The notes beneath the pieces were generated by a model, which was given only the letters and a program-made list of their open reading frames with translations, did no database searches and was not told the DNA's origin. Positions 36,744 to 46,318 of a stretch of 64,000 nucleotides of DNA are shown here, piece by piece; the first letter of the stretch is position 1, and each line of letters starts with the position of its first letter. A program made the translations under genes and the position numbers. Origin of the DNA: a virus (lineage: Duplodnaviria > Caudoviricetes). Where the stretch lies: the IMG/VR virus record IMGVR_UViG_3300036778_000062, positions 76,646 to 140,645 of that record, one strand, 5' to 3'.

Positions 36744-37694
36744 ATGCGAAAGCGATCATCCATTGCGCCACAGGACCGCATTCTCTCCGAAGAGGAGGGC
36801 ATCCGCCGATCGGCCGCGTGCCATTCCTTCTGGTCGGACCACCCGCTTAACCTTGCCTTTCGCGCAGAGCGCCAGGCCGACGGCTTCACGCTGAAAGACT
36901 TCGCTGGCTTTGTGATCGCGATGCCGGCCGCCCGCTTCGACGAGCTGACGGGAGGCCGCAATGCTGACTGATACCGTCAAGCCGATGAACGCCGCGCAAA
37001 AGGCATGGGCCACGCGCCGGGCGCGCGATGCAGCTCGCGCCGACATCGTGAGGCTGAACGCCGGGGTCGAGACGCCGGCGGTGGCTTACCGCGAGAACAA
37101 GCCGGTGGTCGACATCAACATCGATGACGCCAAAGTCGGCTGCGGCACGCGGCGCTTTGTGGTCCTCGACTGCGGTCCGCGCGTGGTGCGCCTGTTCTAT
37201 TATCCGACGTTGGTCACCATCACCGTCGATCGGCTCACCTTCGATCGCAAGGCGAAGTACGCGCGCGATTCCAAGCGCGAAAAGATCGCGGCCATCATTC
37301 GGAAAAACCAGAAGCTCGCCGACACGATCAACGGGGAGGCCCGCAAGATCGTCGTGCCTGACGGTGGCGCCGATGCAGTCAAGGCATTGGAGATGCTGCG
37401 GTGACATCGCTCGATCGTATCCTTAGCACGCGGCTTCGCCCCGAGAGGCGAGGCGGCAACGCCGCGGTGAAGGTGGCGGCCGACGGCTATCATGTCGCAA
37501 CGGTCAGTCCCGGTATGAACGACGCCGGCGACTACGCTCGGCTTTTCGCTGCATCGCCTGATCTTCTGATCGCCCTGAAAAATCTGCGCGCAGAGATCGA
37601 GGCGATTTCCGGCTATTGGACCGAAGGTCTCGATAACTTCGCAATGCAGGCAGACGCGGCGATCGCGAAGGCGGAGCGCGGCGATGTCCGTTAA
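36744..37694 (+). CDS. Three coupled hypothetical genes (36744-36971, 36961-37404, 37401-37694)
   Basis: Overlapping start/stop codons; the third has the phage ARLFAASPDLL.AL motif. Confidence 0.6.
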
Positions 37695-38487
37695 GCGCTC
37701 CGATATCCTGTTGAACACGGTCGCGCATCGGGAGGCGCGCGACCAATTCATCCACCACCTGAACGAGGCCTGCCGCCGTGAGGGCTGGAGACCTTACGAG
37801 GCTCTCGGCAATTGGCTCGATGCGGCCTTCCGTTCCATGCGCAGCGCGACGTTGCAATTCCGTCCGGAGGATCTCGCGAAGAACGAGGCCGAATACGCGC
37901 GCATCGTCAAGCGCTGCCGCTATCCGCAGGAGACGGTGGGCGACCTGGCCAAGATGCTGGGGGCGTGCGTACTCGCGCTCGAGGCGGCTCCGGTAGATTT
38001 CATCGGACCGATTTTCGGTGAGGTCGCGGCCAGCTCACAGCTCGGACAATTCTTCACGCCCTGGCATCTTTCGAGGGTGATCGCGGAATTGATAATCGAA
38101 GACCCGCGACAGATGCTCCAGAAGAGCGGGCGCAAATTCCTGTTGCTGCAGGAGCCGGCATGTGGTGTCGGCGGGATGACCTTAGCCGCATGCGAGGTGC
38201 TTCGTGAGAAGGGTTTCGATCTTGCTCGGCAAGTCCACTGGTCGATGGTCGACATCGACTATCAGGCGCATTGCGCGGCGTACATCCAGATCAATCTCTG
38301 CGGCATCTCTGCCAGCGTCTTCCACGGAAACACGCTATCGCTGCAAACCTGGCTGGCGACGCCGACGCTCTCAGCGGTCGTGTTTGCGAAACGGCTGACA
38401 GGTCAGCCGCAACATGAGCCGCCGACGCCGGTGCCGAGCACCACCGAGGAACCGGCGCAGCTCTCGCTTTTCTTGGAGGCCCCATGA
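37684..38487 (+). CDS. N6-MTase-like protein (HsdM-type SAM-binding half, no visible catalytic motif)
   Basis: GQFFTP, EPACGVGGM, DID, GNTLS; no NPPF/Y. Confidence 0.75.
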   Translation: MSVKRSDILLNTVAHREARDQFIHHLNEACRREGWRPYEALGNWLDAAFRSMRSATLQFRPEDLAKNEAEYARIVKRCRYPQETVGDLAKMLGACVLALEAAPVDFIGPIFGEVAASSQLGQFFTPWHLSRVIAELIIEDPRQMLQKSGRKFLLLQEPACGVGGMTLAACEVLREKGFDLARQVHWSMVDIDYQAHCAAYIQINLCGISASVFHGNTLSLQTWLATPTLSAVVFAKRLTGQPQHEPPTPVPSTTEEPAQLSLFLEAP

Positions 38488-39349
38488 ACATCATCGTCAG
38501 CGATCTCGCAGCGCGCCGATCTGCGGCGGCGCTCAAGGCCTGGGAAACGAGGCGGGCGCAAGGATGGTCGCCATCGGTGCAAGAAAAGGATGGATCGGCG
38601 CATGAGACGGGGGCGTCCTTGCATGCCGAAGCCCTTGAAGCGTTCGAGCGGGAGGCCGCATCGGCGGCACCGGACTGGCACGCCGCGGCGCTGGCACTGC
38701 GCGCCGCTTTATCGGCCAATCAGATTAAGCGTCCCACACAAATCGAGCAGAAAACCAAAGCGTTGCTGGCGCCGGCGTGGCAAGATTACCCGGTCGACCG
38801 TGTCAGTTCGTTCCGCCTTTTGAATCCGACGATCGTCGTGACCTTCGCCGACGGCGAGGTGGTCCGGGCGCCGGCGGTGTCGATCCGGGGCCGCCCGCTC
38901 AACATCGGTCGCGGTCTTCGCGTTGCCATTGGCTTCTATCAATCCCGCATGGCGTGGCGCGCGGGCGTGCCGAACAGGCCCGGGTTCTGGCCCGCGGTGC
39001 CGGCGATCGCGCTGTGCGTTCGCGAGGATACCGGCGAGACTTTCGATTCCCAGCAGTGTAGCGTTCGGACCGACGAAACGAGGAGGGCGCAGGATCGGCG
39101 CCTCAAATGATCATGACGCGACCGACCACGACCGTGTACCGATACAAAGTTTATGATGTCACGATTGACGACTATCGCTATTCGACGAGGATGGCGACGA
39201 CCGTCCACATTGATAAAATTGGCGAGATGCTGCCGGAGACTCGCTTCGAGGTTTTTTCGGATTTGCTGATCGACAACGCCTATACCGAGAAGGATTTCAC
39301 ACCAACGCCGGAGCACGGTTTCGATCCTAAAATCGGAAAAGTCCGGTGA
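38484..39349 (+). CDS. Two hypothetical genes (38484-39110, 39107-39349)
   Basis: ATGA-coupled ORFs. Confidence 0.55.
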
Positions 39350-39681
39350 CCGGCGCCGAACTCAAACAGCTCCGCACGGATCTCGGCGACGCAATCGGCC
39401 GTCGTCTGTCGGTGGCCGATATGGCAAAGATCGTCGGGCTGGCGCCGGCGAATGGCGCTGAGACCTGGCGCAAGTGGGAAGACGGGGCGGGGCCGAGCGG
39501 TCCGGTGGCAGCGCTTATGTCGGTTCTATCTTATGCCAGTGATAGGCATCCGATTCCACCGCTCGTCGGATCAGCTGGCGGCCGTCTCATGCCTCGTCCG
39601 CAAGATGACGATGCGATCGAGGCAGCGGAGGAAATCTTTCGCTCCATGCTGCGCGAGGAGGTCAGGCGGAGGCTGGGATGA
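39346..39681 (+). CDS. XRE-like HTH protein
   Basis: MTGAELKQLR...LSVADMAKIVG...WRKWEDG..PSGPV. Confidence 0.75.
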   Translation: MTGAELKQLRTDLGDAIGRRLSVADMAKIVGLAPANGAETWRKWEDGAGPSGPVAALMSVLSYASDRHPIPPLVGSAGGRLMPRPQDDDAIEAAEEIFRSMLREEVRRRLG

Positions 39682-40418
39682 CAGACCACATCATTTCTTG
39701 GTTGATTCAGACCGGCCTCGCGGCGCTTGCCGTTGCTGGCCTTCTGTCGACGAAGTTTGGCGAACGCCTTATCGGGTTCAGATTTGAAAGAGCTCTCCTA
39801 AGACAGCGAGAGTCTCACGACAAGCAGATCGAAGAGCTAAAGGAGCGCCTTTCCCATTTTGGCGATCGCGGCAAGCGATCGAACGAGATGGAATTTCAGG
39901 CCATCAAGATGGTGTGGGAAGCATTCGTCGAAGCTTGGCTTTCAACGAACAGTGCCGCCATTCTCAGTATTGAGATTCCAGACTTCAACCATCTGAAAGA
40001 TGAAAATCTCGACCAATTCTTGCTAGACCAGGGGGTCTCTCCGTTGCAGGCAAAGGAATTGAGGGAATCTAAAGATCGAGATAAAACCTATAGTCGAATG
40101 CTCACTTGGAAGCTGATTGCTCGAGCGGGGAGGGAGATCAACGATGCTCGTGTTCTTCTCCGTAAACAAGGGATATTCATGCCTAGAGACCTGCACGATA
40201 TTTTTGAAGAGGGCATCAATTCGATGACCATGGCCTTTGTTGGCCGAAGACTTCAATTTCAGAATCCAAGAGCATTTCAGGAAGACGTCATCACACAATA
40301 CCTTAGCACAAACATAGAAACGTACGATCGCACAGCTAAGGCAGCGAACATACGCTTATCGAGAAGCGAGAGCGCCGCTAGTTCACCGTCACCCGTCGCG
40401 CAGTCAACGTCGCTGTGA
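39678..40418 (+). CDS. Low-GC membrane-anchored hypothetical protein (moron)
   Basis: N-terminal TM plus coiled coil; visibly AT-richer. Confidence 0.65.
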   Translation: MTDHIISWLIQTGLAALAVAGLLSTKFGERLIGFRFERALLRQRESHDKQIEELKERLSHFGDRGKRSNEMEFQAIKMVWEAFVEAWLSTNSAAILSIEIPDFNHLKDENLDQFLLDQGVSPLQAKELRESKDRDKTYSRMLTWKLIARAGREINDARVLLRKQGIFMPRDLHDIFEEGINSMTMAFVGRRLQFQNPRAFQEDVITQYLSTNIETYDRTAKAANIRLSRSESAASSPSPVAQSTSL

Positions 40419-41097
40419 CGACCTTCAGGCCCTCCTGCCACTGACGATTGAACAGCTTGTGGTCGAGGCCTCGGCGCTGGCAGCTCCGGCGGATGTCGGC
40501 ACGGATTACCGCCCATAGCGCGCGGAGGCTGATCGCCTTCGCCAAGTCGGGTCGATCGGCGAGATATTCCATCGGCCATGCCAGGGCCTGGTCCATGCGG
40601 GTGATCTGCGCGGTGGTTGGCGCCAGACGAACGCGGTTGCGATCTTCCTCGAAGCTTTCGCCGGCTTCAGCCATCTCCAGAAGGTCTTTGAGCGCGGGGC
40701 GCTCTTGAACCGGGGTCGGCATGGCATTGCCGTACTGTTTTGGCCGCGTCCGTGCGGGCAGCGCCAGCAGAACCTCGTATGCCTCTTCCAAGCGGTCCAG
40801 GACGTGCACCATCGTCCAGGTCGACGGCACCTCCCGAACACTACTGCGACGACCGGCAGGCGCCTCCATGCGCCCCACAACGCCCAGCAAATGGCCTCGC
40901 AGGCCGTCATCTCCGTCCAGCTCGATCAGGGCGGCGAGTCGGGCGCGCTTGGTCAGGGACATTTCGGACAATTCGGGGAATGTCCCGTTTGTCCCTTTTG
41001 TCCCTGGGTGCCGCGATTTCTTTGATTTTTCAGCCATTTCTCGACTTCGCGTCAGGGACAATCTCTGGGACATTTGGGACAAACGGGACAAAATCAC
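40378..41097 (-). CDS. DUF6362-like putative late regulator (true start probably ATG 40962 or later)
   Basis: WT...V..RLEEA..VL..LP, P....ITRMDQAL.W, C-terminal HTH; last gene of the cro operon. Confidence 0.65.
   Translation of the reverse strand: MILSRLSQMSQRLSLTRSREMAEKSKKSRHPGTKGTNGTFPELSEMSLTKRARLAALIELDGDDGLRGHLLGVVGRMEAPAGRRSSVREVPSTWTMVHVLDRLEEAYEVLLALPARTRPKQYGNAMPTPVQERPALKDLLEMAEAGESFEEDRNRVRLAPTTAQITRMDQALAWPMEYLADRPDLAKAISLRALWAVIRADIRRSCQRRGLDHKLFNRQWQEGLKVVTATLTARRVTVN
40956..41090. repeat. GGGACA repeat cluster 2 (candidate origin)
   Basis: Plus copies at 40956, 40965 (CGGACA), 41055, 41067, 41076, 41085; minus copies at 40981, 40990, 40999; abuts the helicase stop. Confidence 0.8.
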
Positions 41098-43013
41098 TCA
41101 TCCGGAAACTCTTGCTGATCCGGGATTCTGTCGGCCGCATCGGTGCTCCCCCGCGCAACGTCGAGAGGCGATTCGACCGTGGCGCGGCCGGTGAGCCAGA
41201 CGTACGGATTGACCTTGCCGATGACACCGAGAGCGTAGAGACGCTCCCCGGCGCGGGTCATGGCTTTGTTGATGGAGTTCGGCTCGGCGTCGGCGGCGAT
41301 CGCCGCGTAAGCATCCCGCCAGAACTTGTACTGGACGACGCGGGTGATTTGGCGCGGCAACTTCAGGCTTGCTGGTGTCGGCTCCCCATGCTCGGCGAGC
41401 GCATCTTTGAGCGCGGTGAGGATGTTCTTTTGCTGACTGGTCAGGTTGATGGTGCGATCCTTGGCGGTACCCTTCACCTGCATCTCGAGCTGCTCGCCGA
41501 TCGGCACGGTGACGCAGGAGGTGATGGGCTTGCCATCGATCGCACGACGACCGACCTCGATCACCATCAACTCGAACTGGATATTGACGCCGTCGGCATC
41601 GTCCTTCTGTTTGTCCAGGACTGCTGACCGAACCTTCGTCTCCGGGTCTTTCTTGACGAGGATGACCTGGTCGACGCCGGCATAGACCGAAGTGTGTCCT
41701 CGCAGCTTCGTGCCGCCGGCATTGAGATGATGAACGAGGCAGACGTGACAGCCAGGCACGGCTGCGGCGATGCGATCTACGTTCGCCATCACGACGCCCA
41801 TATCACGGCCGGAGTTCTCGTCTGCCACGCCTGACGCTTTGGCCAGGGTATCGATGAACAGCGCGACCACTGGCATGCCGTAGAGCAGCGATATTCCTTT
41901 CACCTCTTCGATCAGCTTTGAGGTGTCGCCCTCAGGGCTGTAGATATCGACCTTGGATTGCAGGATGTAGAGAGGCACCTGCTTGCCGCCTGGAACGCCG
42001 AAATGCTGACGCCAAGCTCGGAAGCGCTTCTTAATACCGCGACCACCTTCGCCAGCCTGATAGATCACGAGTCCGGGGGTGAGGATCTTGTTTCCGAAGA
42101 ATGGGCGAGCGGTCGAGATGCACATAGCCATGTGGATGGCCAGAAAGGATTTTCCTGATTGGGACTCGCCGCCCAGGATGCTCTTGTCGCCGACGGTGAT
42201 CAGATTGTCGACGACATGGGCATGTTCGGGCCCGGGCTCGTCCAGTTGCTCGAAGGTGATGCCGCCGAACTGAGAGACGAACGGCGGCGGCTCCGGCTCG
42301 AGGTCGTATTCGTCTTCCACATCGCCATCCCGATTGGCAGCGGTGCGAACCTGGGCGGCGAGGGTGCGTGCGAGATGGGCGGCGTCCGGCGCGATCGGAG
42401 CTTCGGCGACAATCATCGCGACATAGCGCGAGAGCGTATAGCCCTCGAACAAAGGCATCAAAGGATCGCCGCCGGCGCCGGCAATCAAAGCCGAAAGGCT
42501 GGTGGGGCGACCAGCCTCGATAGGCGCCTCGGCGATCGCCGCGAACATCTGCTTGTGCACGGACTCCGCGAAGTGGTCGATGGTGACCTCTTCTTCGATC
42601 GAGGCAATCAAGGTCGGCTGCGATGCGAGCATCCCGATCAATGCACGCTCGGCGGCTGTCTCCTGTGGCAGCGGTCCAGCCTTGAAGTCGAATACGTTTT
42701 CCTTCAGCCAGGTCTCGGCCTGACCATTCTGCAGGTTCTTGAAGCGGCGGATCAGATCGAGGTGCGTGCCGCTGATCTCGTCCTCGAAATCGAAGAACCG
42801 GCCCGTGGTTATATTGACGGTTATCTCTCCGAAGCGGATCTCACCTTTGTCGGGATCGACGCCCGACGGCGCACCAAGCAGAAGCCTCGCAACTCTCTCG
42901 GTTAGTGCTCCCTCCTTGGTGCGCAGAATTGTCACTTGTCGATGACCGCCCCGAAGATCTGATCCGTGGCAACAATCTCGGCAACACGGGAGATGAGGGT
43001 TGAAGCCTTCCAT
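41094..43013 (-). CDS. Replicative helicase (DnaB-N-like + AAA_25/RepA domain)
   Basis: AERALIG N-domain, Walker A GESQSGKS, FIDTL, DENS, LVHH, LRG; start uncertain. Confidence 0.85.
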   Translation of the reverse strand: MEGFNPHLPCCRDCCHGSDLRGGHRQVTILRTKEGALTERVARLLLGAPSGVDPDKGEIRFGEITVNITTGRFFDFEDEISGTHLDLIRRFKNLQNGQAETWLKENVFDFKAGPLPQETAAERALIGMLASQPTLIASIEEEVTIDHFAESVHKQMFAAIAEAPIEAGRPTSLSALIAGAGGDPLMPLFEGYTLSRYVAMIVAEAPIAPDAAHLARTLAAQVRTAANRDGDVEDEYDLEPEPPPFVSQFGGITFEQLDEPGPEHAHVVDNLITVGDKSILGGESQSGKSFLAIHMAMCISTARPFFGNKILTPGLVIYQAGEGGRGIKKRFRAWRQHFGVPGGKQVPLYILQSKVDIYSPEGDTSKLIEEVKGISLLYGMPVVALFIDTLAKASGVADENSGRDMGVVMANVDRIAAAVPGCHVCLVHHLNAGGTKLRGHTSVYAGVDQVILVKKDPETKVRSAVLDKQKDDADGVNIQFELMVIEVGRRAIDGKPITSCVTVPIGEQLEMQVKGTAKDRTINLTSQQKNILTALKDALAEHGEPTPASLKLPRQITRVVQYKFWRDAYAAIAADAEPNSINKAMTRAGERLYALGVIGKVNPYVWLTGRATVESPLDVARGSTDAADRIPDQQEFPDE

Positions 43014-43569
43014 CCGCGGCGCAGAGCTTCGCTGCGGATCAGCTCCATTGCCTTGGCGTTAATCGGCACGTCGACGACGACATCAGGTTGTACAAGCTTT
43101 CGCTTCAACGGCGCGTCGTCGGCCTTGGCGAGCTCGATCCCATGCTTGTTACAGATCGTCTCGATGGTGCCGGCGGAACAATTGAGCAGACGCCCGATGC
43201 GCTCAGCGTTCAGCCGGTCTCTGGCATATCGCCGGATCAGGTCCAGCGCTCGCGGTGTCAGTCGAAATTCGCGCCTCACAACACGGCCGCCCGCGTGAGG
43301 AGTGACATCAAGCCGCCGCGCTTCTTGTGCGCAACCGCGCGCATCTCGTTCTCGACGCCCGCATTGTCCTTGAAGAAGTGATGGGCGTGCGCAAGCAGGT
43401 CTAGGTTTCGTTGCAGCTCCGCCTCAGCAAGCATGATGCCCATGTTGCTCATCTCGAAGCGAGCCCCCAGCATCTGCACTTGCTCGAGGTCAAGGCGCAG
43501 CTTTGAAGCAGCAAGCTTCAACGCAACGGCGATATCGTCGAAGGACGGCGGTGATGCAGCGTCAGGCAC
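42932..43569 (-). CDS. Two hypothetical genes (42932-43279 HTH-like; 43276-43569)
   Basis: GTGA-coupled ORFs within the operon. Confidence 0.55.
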
Positions 43570-44119
43570 GTTTCTTCTCCCCAAACAAGTGCAACGCTTC
43601 GGGGATACGCCCCATAAAGGTTGCCCCAGCCCAATCCCAAATTCCTGCGGCGTCAGCTTGATTGTCGTCTTCTGGCGACCAGCCGAGGATTTGACAGCGC
43701 TCGATGACCAGGCGCTTGCCTTCCTTGCGTCGCTGATGACGGTTTTCAATATGCGTCAGTCGACCCTTGCCGATGAAATGCTTCTTCCAGGTGGATATCG
43801 GCGCGATCTCGAGTCGTATGCTCTTGCAGCGCACGATCCCTGTCAGGATGCCGAACATCCCGATGGTGATCATCGTGGTGTCGTAGTTCGTGTGGCCCTG
43901 CGCGCCCGAGGGCGCCACGACCTGTTCGATAACGACCATGTCGGGCGGTTCGTCGCGCAACACCGTTGCCATCCACTCGACGGCTCGGGCGTAGAGACCC
44001 GGAAAGCCATCATCACCGCGAAAGTCGATTGTATGCAGGCGAGGGACTTCGCCAGGTCGTCCACGAGCCACCCCCGTTTTGGTGGCAACATCCAAAGCTA
44101 GAATATCCCCCGCCGGCAT
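43562..44119 (-). CDS. RuvC-like Holliday junction resolvase
   Basis: ILALDVATKTG, VVIE, WKK.F.G.G, DDNQADA. Confidence 0.8.
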   Translation of the reverse strand: MPAGDILALDVATKTGVARGRPGEVPRLHTIDFRGDDGFPGLYARAVEWMATVLRDEPPDMVVIEQVVAPSGAQGHTNYDTTMITIGMFGILTGIVRCKSIRLEIAPISTWKKHFIGKGRLTHIENRHQRRKEGKRLVIERCQILGWSPEDDNQADAAGIWDWAGATFMGRIPEALHLFGEKKRA

Positions 44120-44128
44120 GATCAGCCG

Positions 44129-44809
44129 TCAGTGCGTTGGGACGAGGCTATCGGCAGCGGCCGATGCGCCAGTCTTGGTGCCGAGCTGATGAACGGTGCC
44201 GGTCTTGATTGCCTTCTCGACGGCTTCGTTGTCCTCGCGGGTACGTTGTTGCCATTGGTCGCGAGGAACAGAGCCCTTGGGGGTATCGTCAACCTTCTGC
44301 TTGAAGCCGGCGCGCAAGGTCGCTTGACCTTCTTCGTAGCCGTCGTTGTGCATGCGATGAGCTTCGGTGGCATGGTGGTGCGGATTGTTGCAGCTCTCGC
44401 CGGCGAGTCCTTGGCGCTTGCCTTCGGCGTATGCGCGATCGGCAAGGGGAGTGCGATCGTTGCTCGGGAACATATCGGCCTGGGTGCCGATCGGTACGCC
44501 AAGCCATCGAAGCACCTGAGCATCACTCTCGATCCGCGCCTTGATCGCCGCTTCGCCTTCCGGCGTGCTTCCCTCGATCAGGGTCTTGATTTGCATCATG
44601 CCCTGCGGACCGAGATCGGCCTTGATGATCTTGCCAATATCCTGCAGCGCTTTGTCGGCTGCCTTCTTTGCCGCCAGCCGGACCTCGTATGTTTTGCGAT
44701 GCTGTTCGGTTAGCGAATAAAGCTGGTCGTCCGATAGCGATTCCACGGTCGTCTTCGGTTTCTGCGGAGCTTGCGCACCACCGTCGCCTTGCTTGCCTTT
44801 GCGTCCCAT
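44129..44809 (-). CDS. Hypothetical protein, GapR-like N-region and Rmf-like C-region
   Basis: Helical N-region; RAYAEGKRQGLAG...NP......H...HNDGY.EGQ. Confidence 0.5.
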   Translation of the reverse strand: MGRKGKQGDGGAQAPQKPKTTVESLSDDQLYSLTEQHRKTYEVRLAAKKAADKALQDIGKIIKADLGPQGMMQIKTLIEGSTPEGEAAIKARIESDAQVLRWLGVPIGTQADMFPSNDRTPLADRAYAEGKRQGLAGESCNNPHHHATEAHRMHNDGYEEGQATLRAGFKQKVDDTPKGSVPRDQWQQRTREDNEAVEKAIKTGTVHQLGTKTGASAAADSLVPTH

Positions 44810-44834
44810 CTTGGGCTCCTCTGGTTGAAAATGC

Positions 44835-45380
44835 TCAGTCGCCTGCCGCTCGCTCGGCGCTCCGCTGGAAGGCCTTCGGATTGCGGATCGCGGTTGGATC
44901 GACGCCGCGCCGGTGATGAAAGGGGCAATAGGGCCGGTGCTCGAAGAGGTTCGCCGTCGGTTCGCCGCAAAAAATCTCGGCCGGCAATAGCGTAGGGCCG
45001 AGCGGCCAGCGGCAGGTTTCGTTCGTCAGCTCGAGGAGGGCGACGCCTTTACAGTCGGCATCATCGGTCAAGACATCCGCGAGTCCTGGATCGCTCCCGT
45101 TCTTGATCGACTGAAGCCGTGTGATGTTGTGGGTAGTGGGCTTTTTCCGCAAATCGCCTTTCGCGATCTTGGCGGCAGTCTTGCCGTTCTTAATTCGCTC
45201 GCCGCCGCTCCCGACATCCTTTCGGCTGGCCAGGTTCAGTCGATGGGCCTTTCCCACGACGGCGTTGCGTGTTGCGCCTCGGATGCAGCTTGCGATTTCA
45301 CTCGCTGGCGCGCCAGCCGCATACATTCGCTTCAGCGTCTCGGTGTTCTCATCGTTCCAATCGACCGCTTGAATGGTCAT
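44835..45380 (-). CDS. gcrA: GcrA-family cell-cycle regulator
   Basis: W..E....LK.....G..ASEIA....TRNAVVGKAHRL; LLEL....CRWPLG...FCG...PYC..H. Confidence 0.92.
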   Translation of the reverse strand: MTIQAVDWNDENTETLKRMYAAGAPASEIASCIRGATRNAVVGKAHRLNLASRKDVGSGGERIKNGKTAAKIAKGDLRKKPTTHNITRLQSIKNGSDPGLADVLTDDADCKGVALLELTNETCRWPLGPTLLPAEIFCGEPTANLFEHRPYCPFHHRRGVDPTAIRNPKAFQRSAERAAGD

Positions 45381-45574
45381 TGTCCCCGCCTTTCCTTCGT
45401 CGTCTGGTCGAACGAAACGAGGCGTGTGTGTTCAGGGCTTCGCTGATGTCGGCAAAGAACTCGGCGCAATGGACGCACCGCTGCGACAGCGTGTTGAATG
45501 CCGAAATTAGAAGTTGCCTGATCACGCCTGCCCGTCCCGACCGCAGAAGCGCTGCGGCGCCGCACACGTGATGC

Positions 45575-46021
45575 TTACTGGTCGAAAAGGTCGATCTGGC
45601 TCTGCCGAGCTTTCAAAGCGTCGATACGGCGCTGCGCCGCCGCGATCTCGCGACGCGTCTTGCGAAGGTCATGCGCGTTCTGAGTGGTCAGCCACCATTC
45701 GGCCTGGCTGTTGCCCATCAGGGCCTTGAGGATCTCGTAACCCTCATCCGATCGCAGCAGAGCGATGACGTTTTCCAGCGATAGACCCGTCTGTCGCGCA
45801 AACCAGAACTGTACGGCGCGCTCGGAAACGCCGATCTCGTGGTGAACACAAGCTGCGGTTTTCTTTGGCCACCGCGCCATGAGAACATTCAGGATTTTCT
45901 CGAAAATCCCGAAGAGTTCTTCGTTTTTGGCGAAGGGCGCTACAGCCACGGAATTTGCTTTTTTGGAACCGGTCGGCGATGGTTCCGGCGTCGATAACGA
46001 CGGAGTTGTTCGCACCTTCAT
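45575..46021 (-). CDS. CII-like HTH regulator
   Basis: WPKKTA......GVSERAV.FW; directly after cro. Confidence 0.6.
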   Translation of the reverse strand: MKVRTTPSLSTPEPSPTGSKKANSVAVAPFAKNEELFGIFEKILNVLMARWPKKTAACVHHEIGVSERAVQFWFARQTGLSLENVIALLRSDEGYEILKALMGNSQAEWWLTTQNAHDLRKTRREIAAAQRRIDALKARQSQIDLFDQ

Positions 46022-46245
46022 GCCGCGGCCTCTTCCTGGTGCATCATCATCAGGGAATCGGAGTTCACACCCTCGATTCCCTTTTCGGCTGCCGCGGCAA
46101 TGATCTTGGGCCAGTAGCGAGGCCGGATTGAACCGGTCCGTTTCATCTCGCTGGCTGTACTGGGGATTTTCTCGATGACCTTGGCGAAATCGGTTGGTCC
46201 GCCGAAGGCATCAATCAATTCAGAAATGGTTCTGGGTCCGGCCAT
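46018..46245 (-). CDS. cro: Cro-like repressor
   Basis: LIDAFGG...FA...MK..GSI..RYW; divergent from cI. Confidence 0.8.
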   Translation of the reverse strand: MAGPRTISELIDAFGGPTDFAKVIEKIPSTASEMKRTGSIRPRYWPKIIAAAAEKGIEGVNSDSLMMMHQEEAAA

Positions 46246-46252
46246 GAGCCGC

Positions 46253-46293
46253 ATTTACAGAACATCTGTTAATTCTGTCAACAGGATTTCTGT
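46253..46293 (-). promoter_or_regulatory. PR/OR: TTGACA (46281-46276) and two operators ACAG-N5-CTGT (46257-46269, 46281-46293)
   Basis: cro-cI intergenic region, read directly. Confidence 0.8.
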
Positions 46294-46318
46294 GTCTGAG
46301 GCGTGGCAGCGTCAAAAC

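Noticed and set aside
39107-39681. Toxin-antitoxin pair
   Set aside because: The XRE gene is present but the upstream ORF shows no recognisable toxin motif
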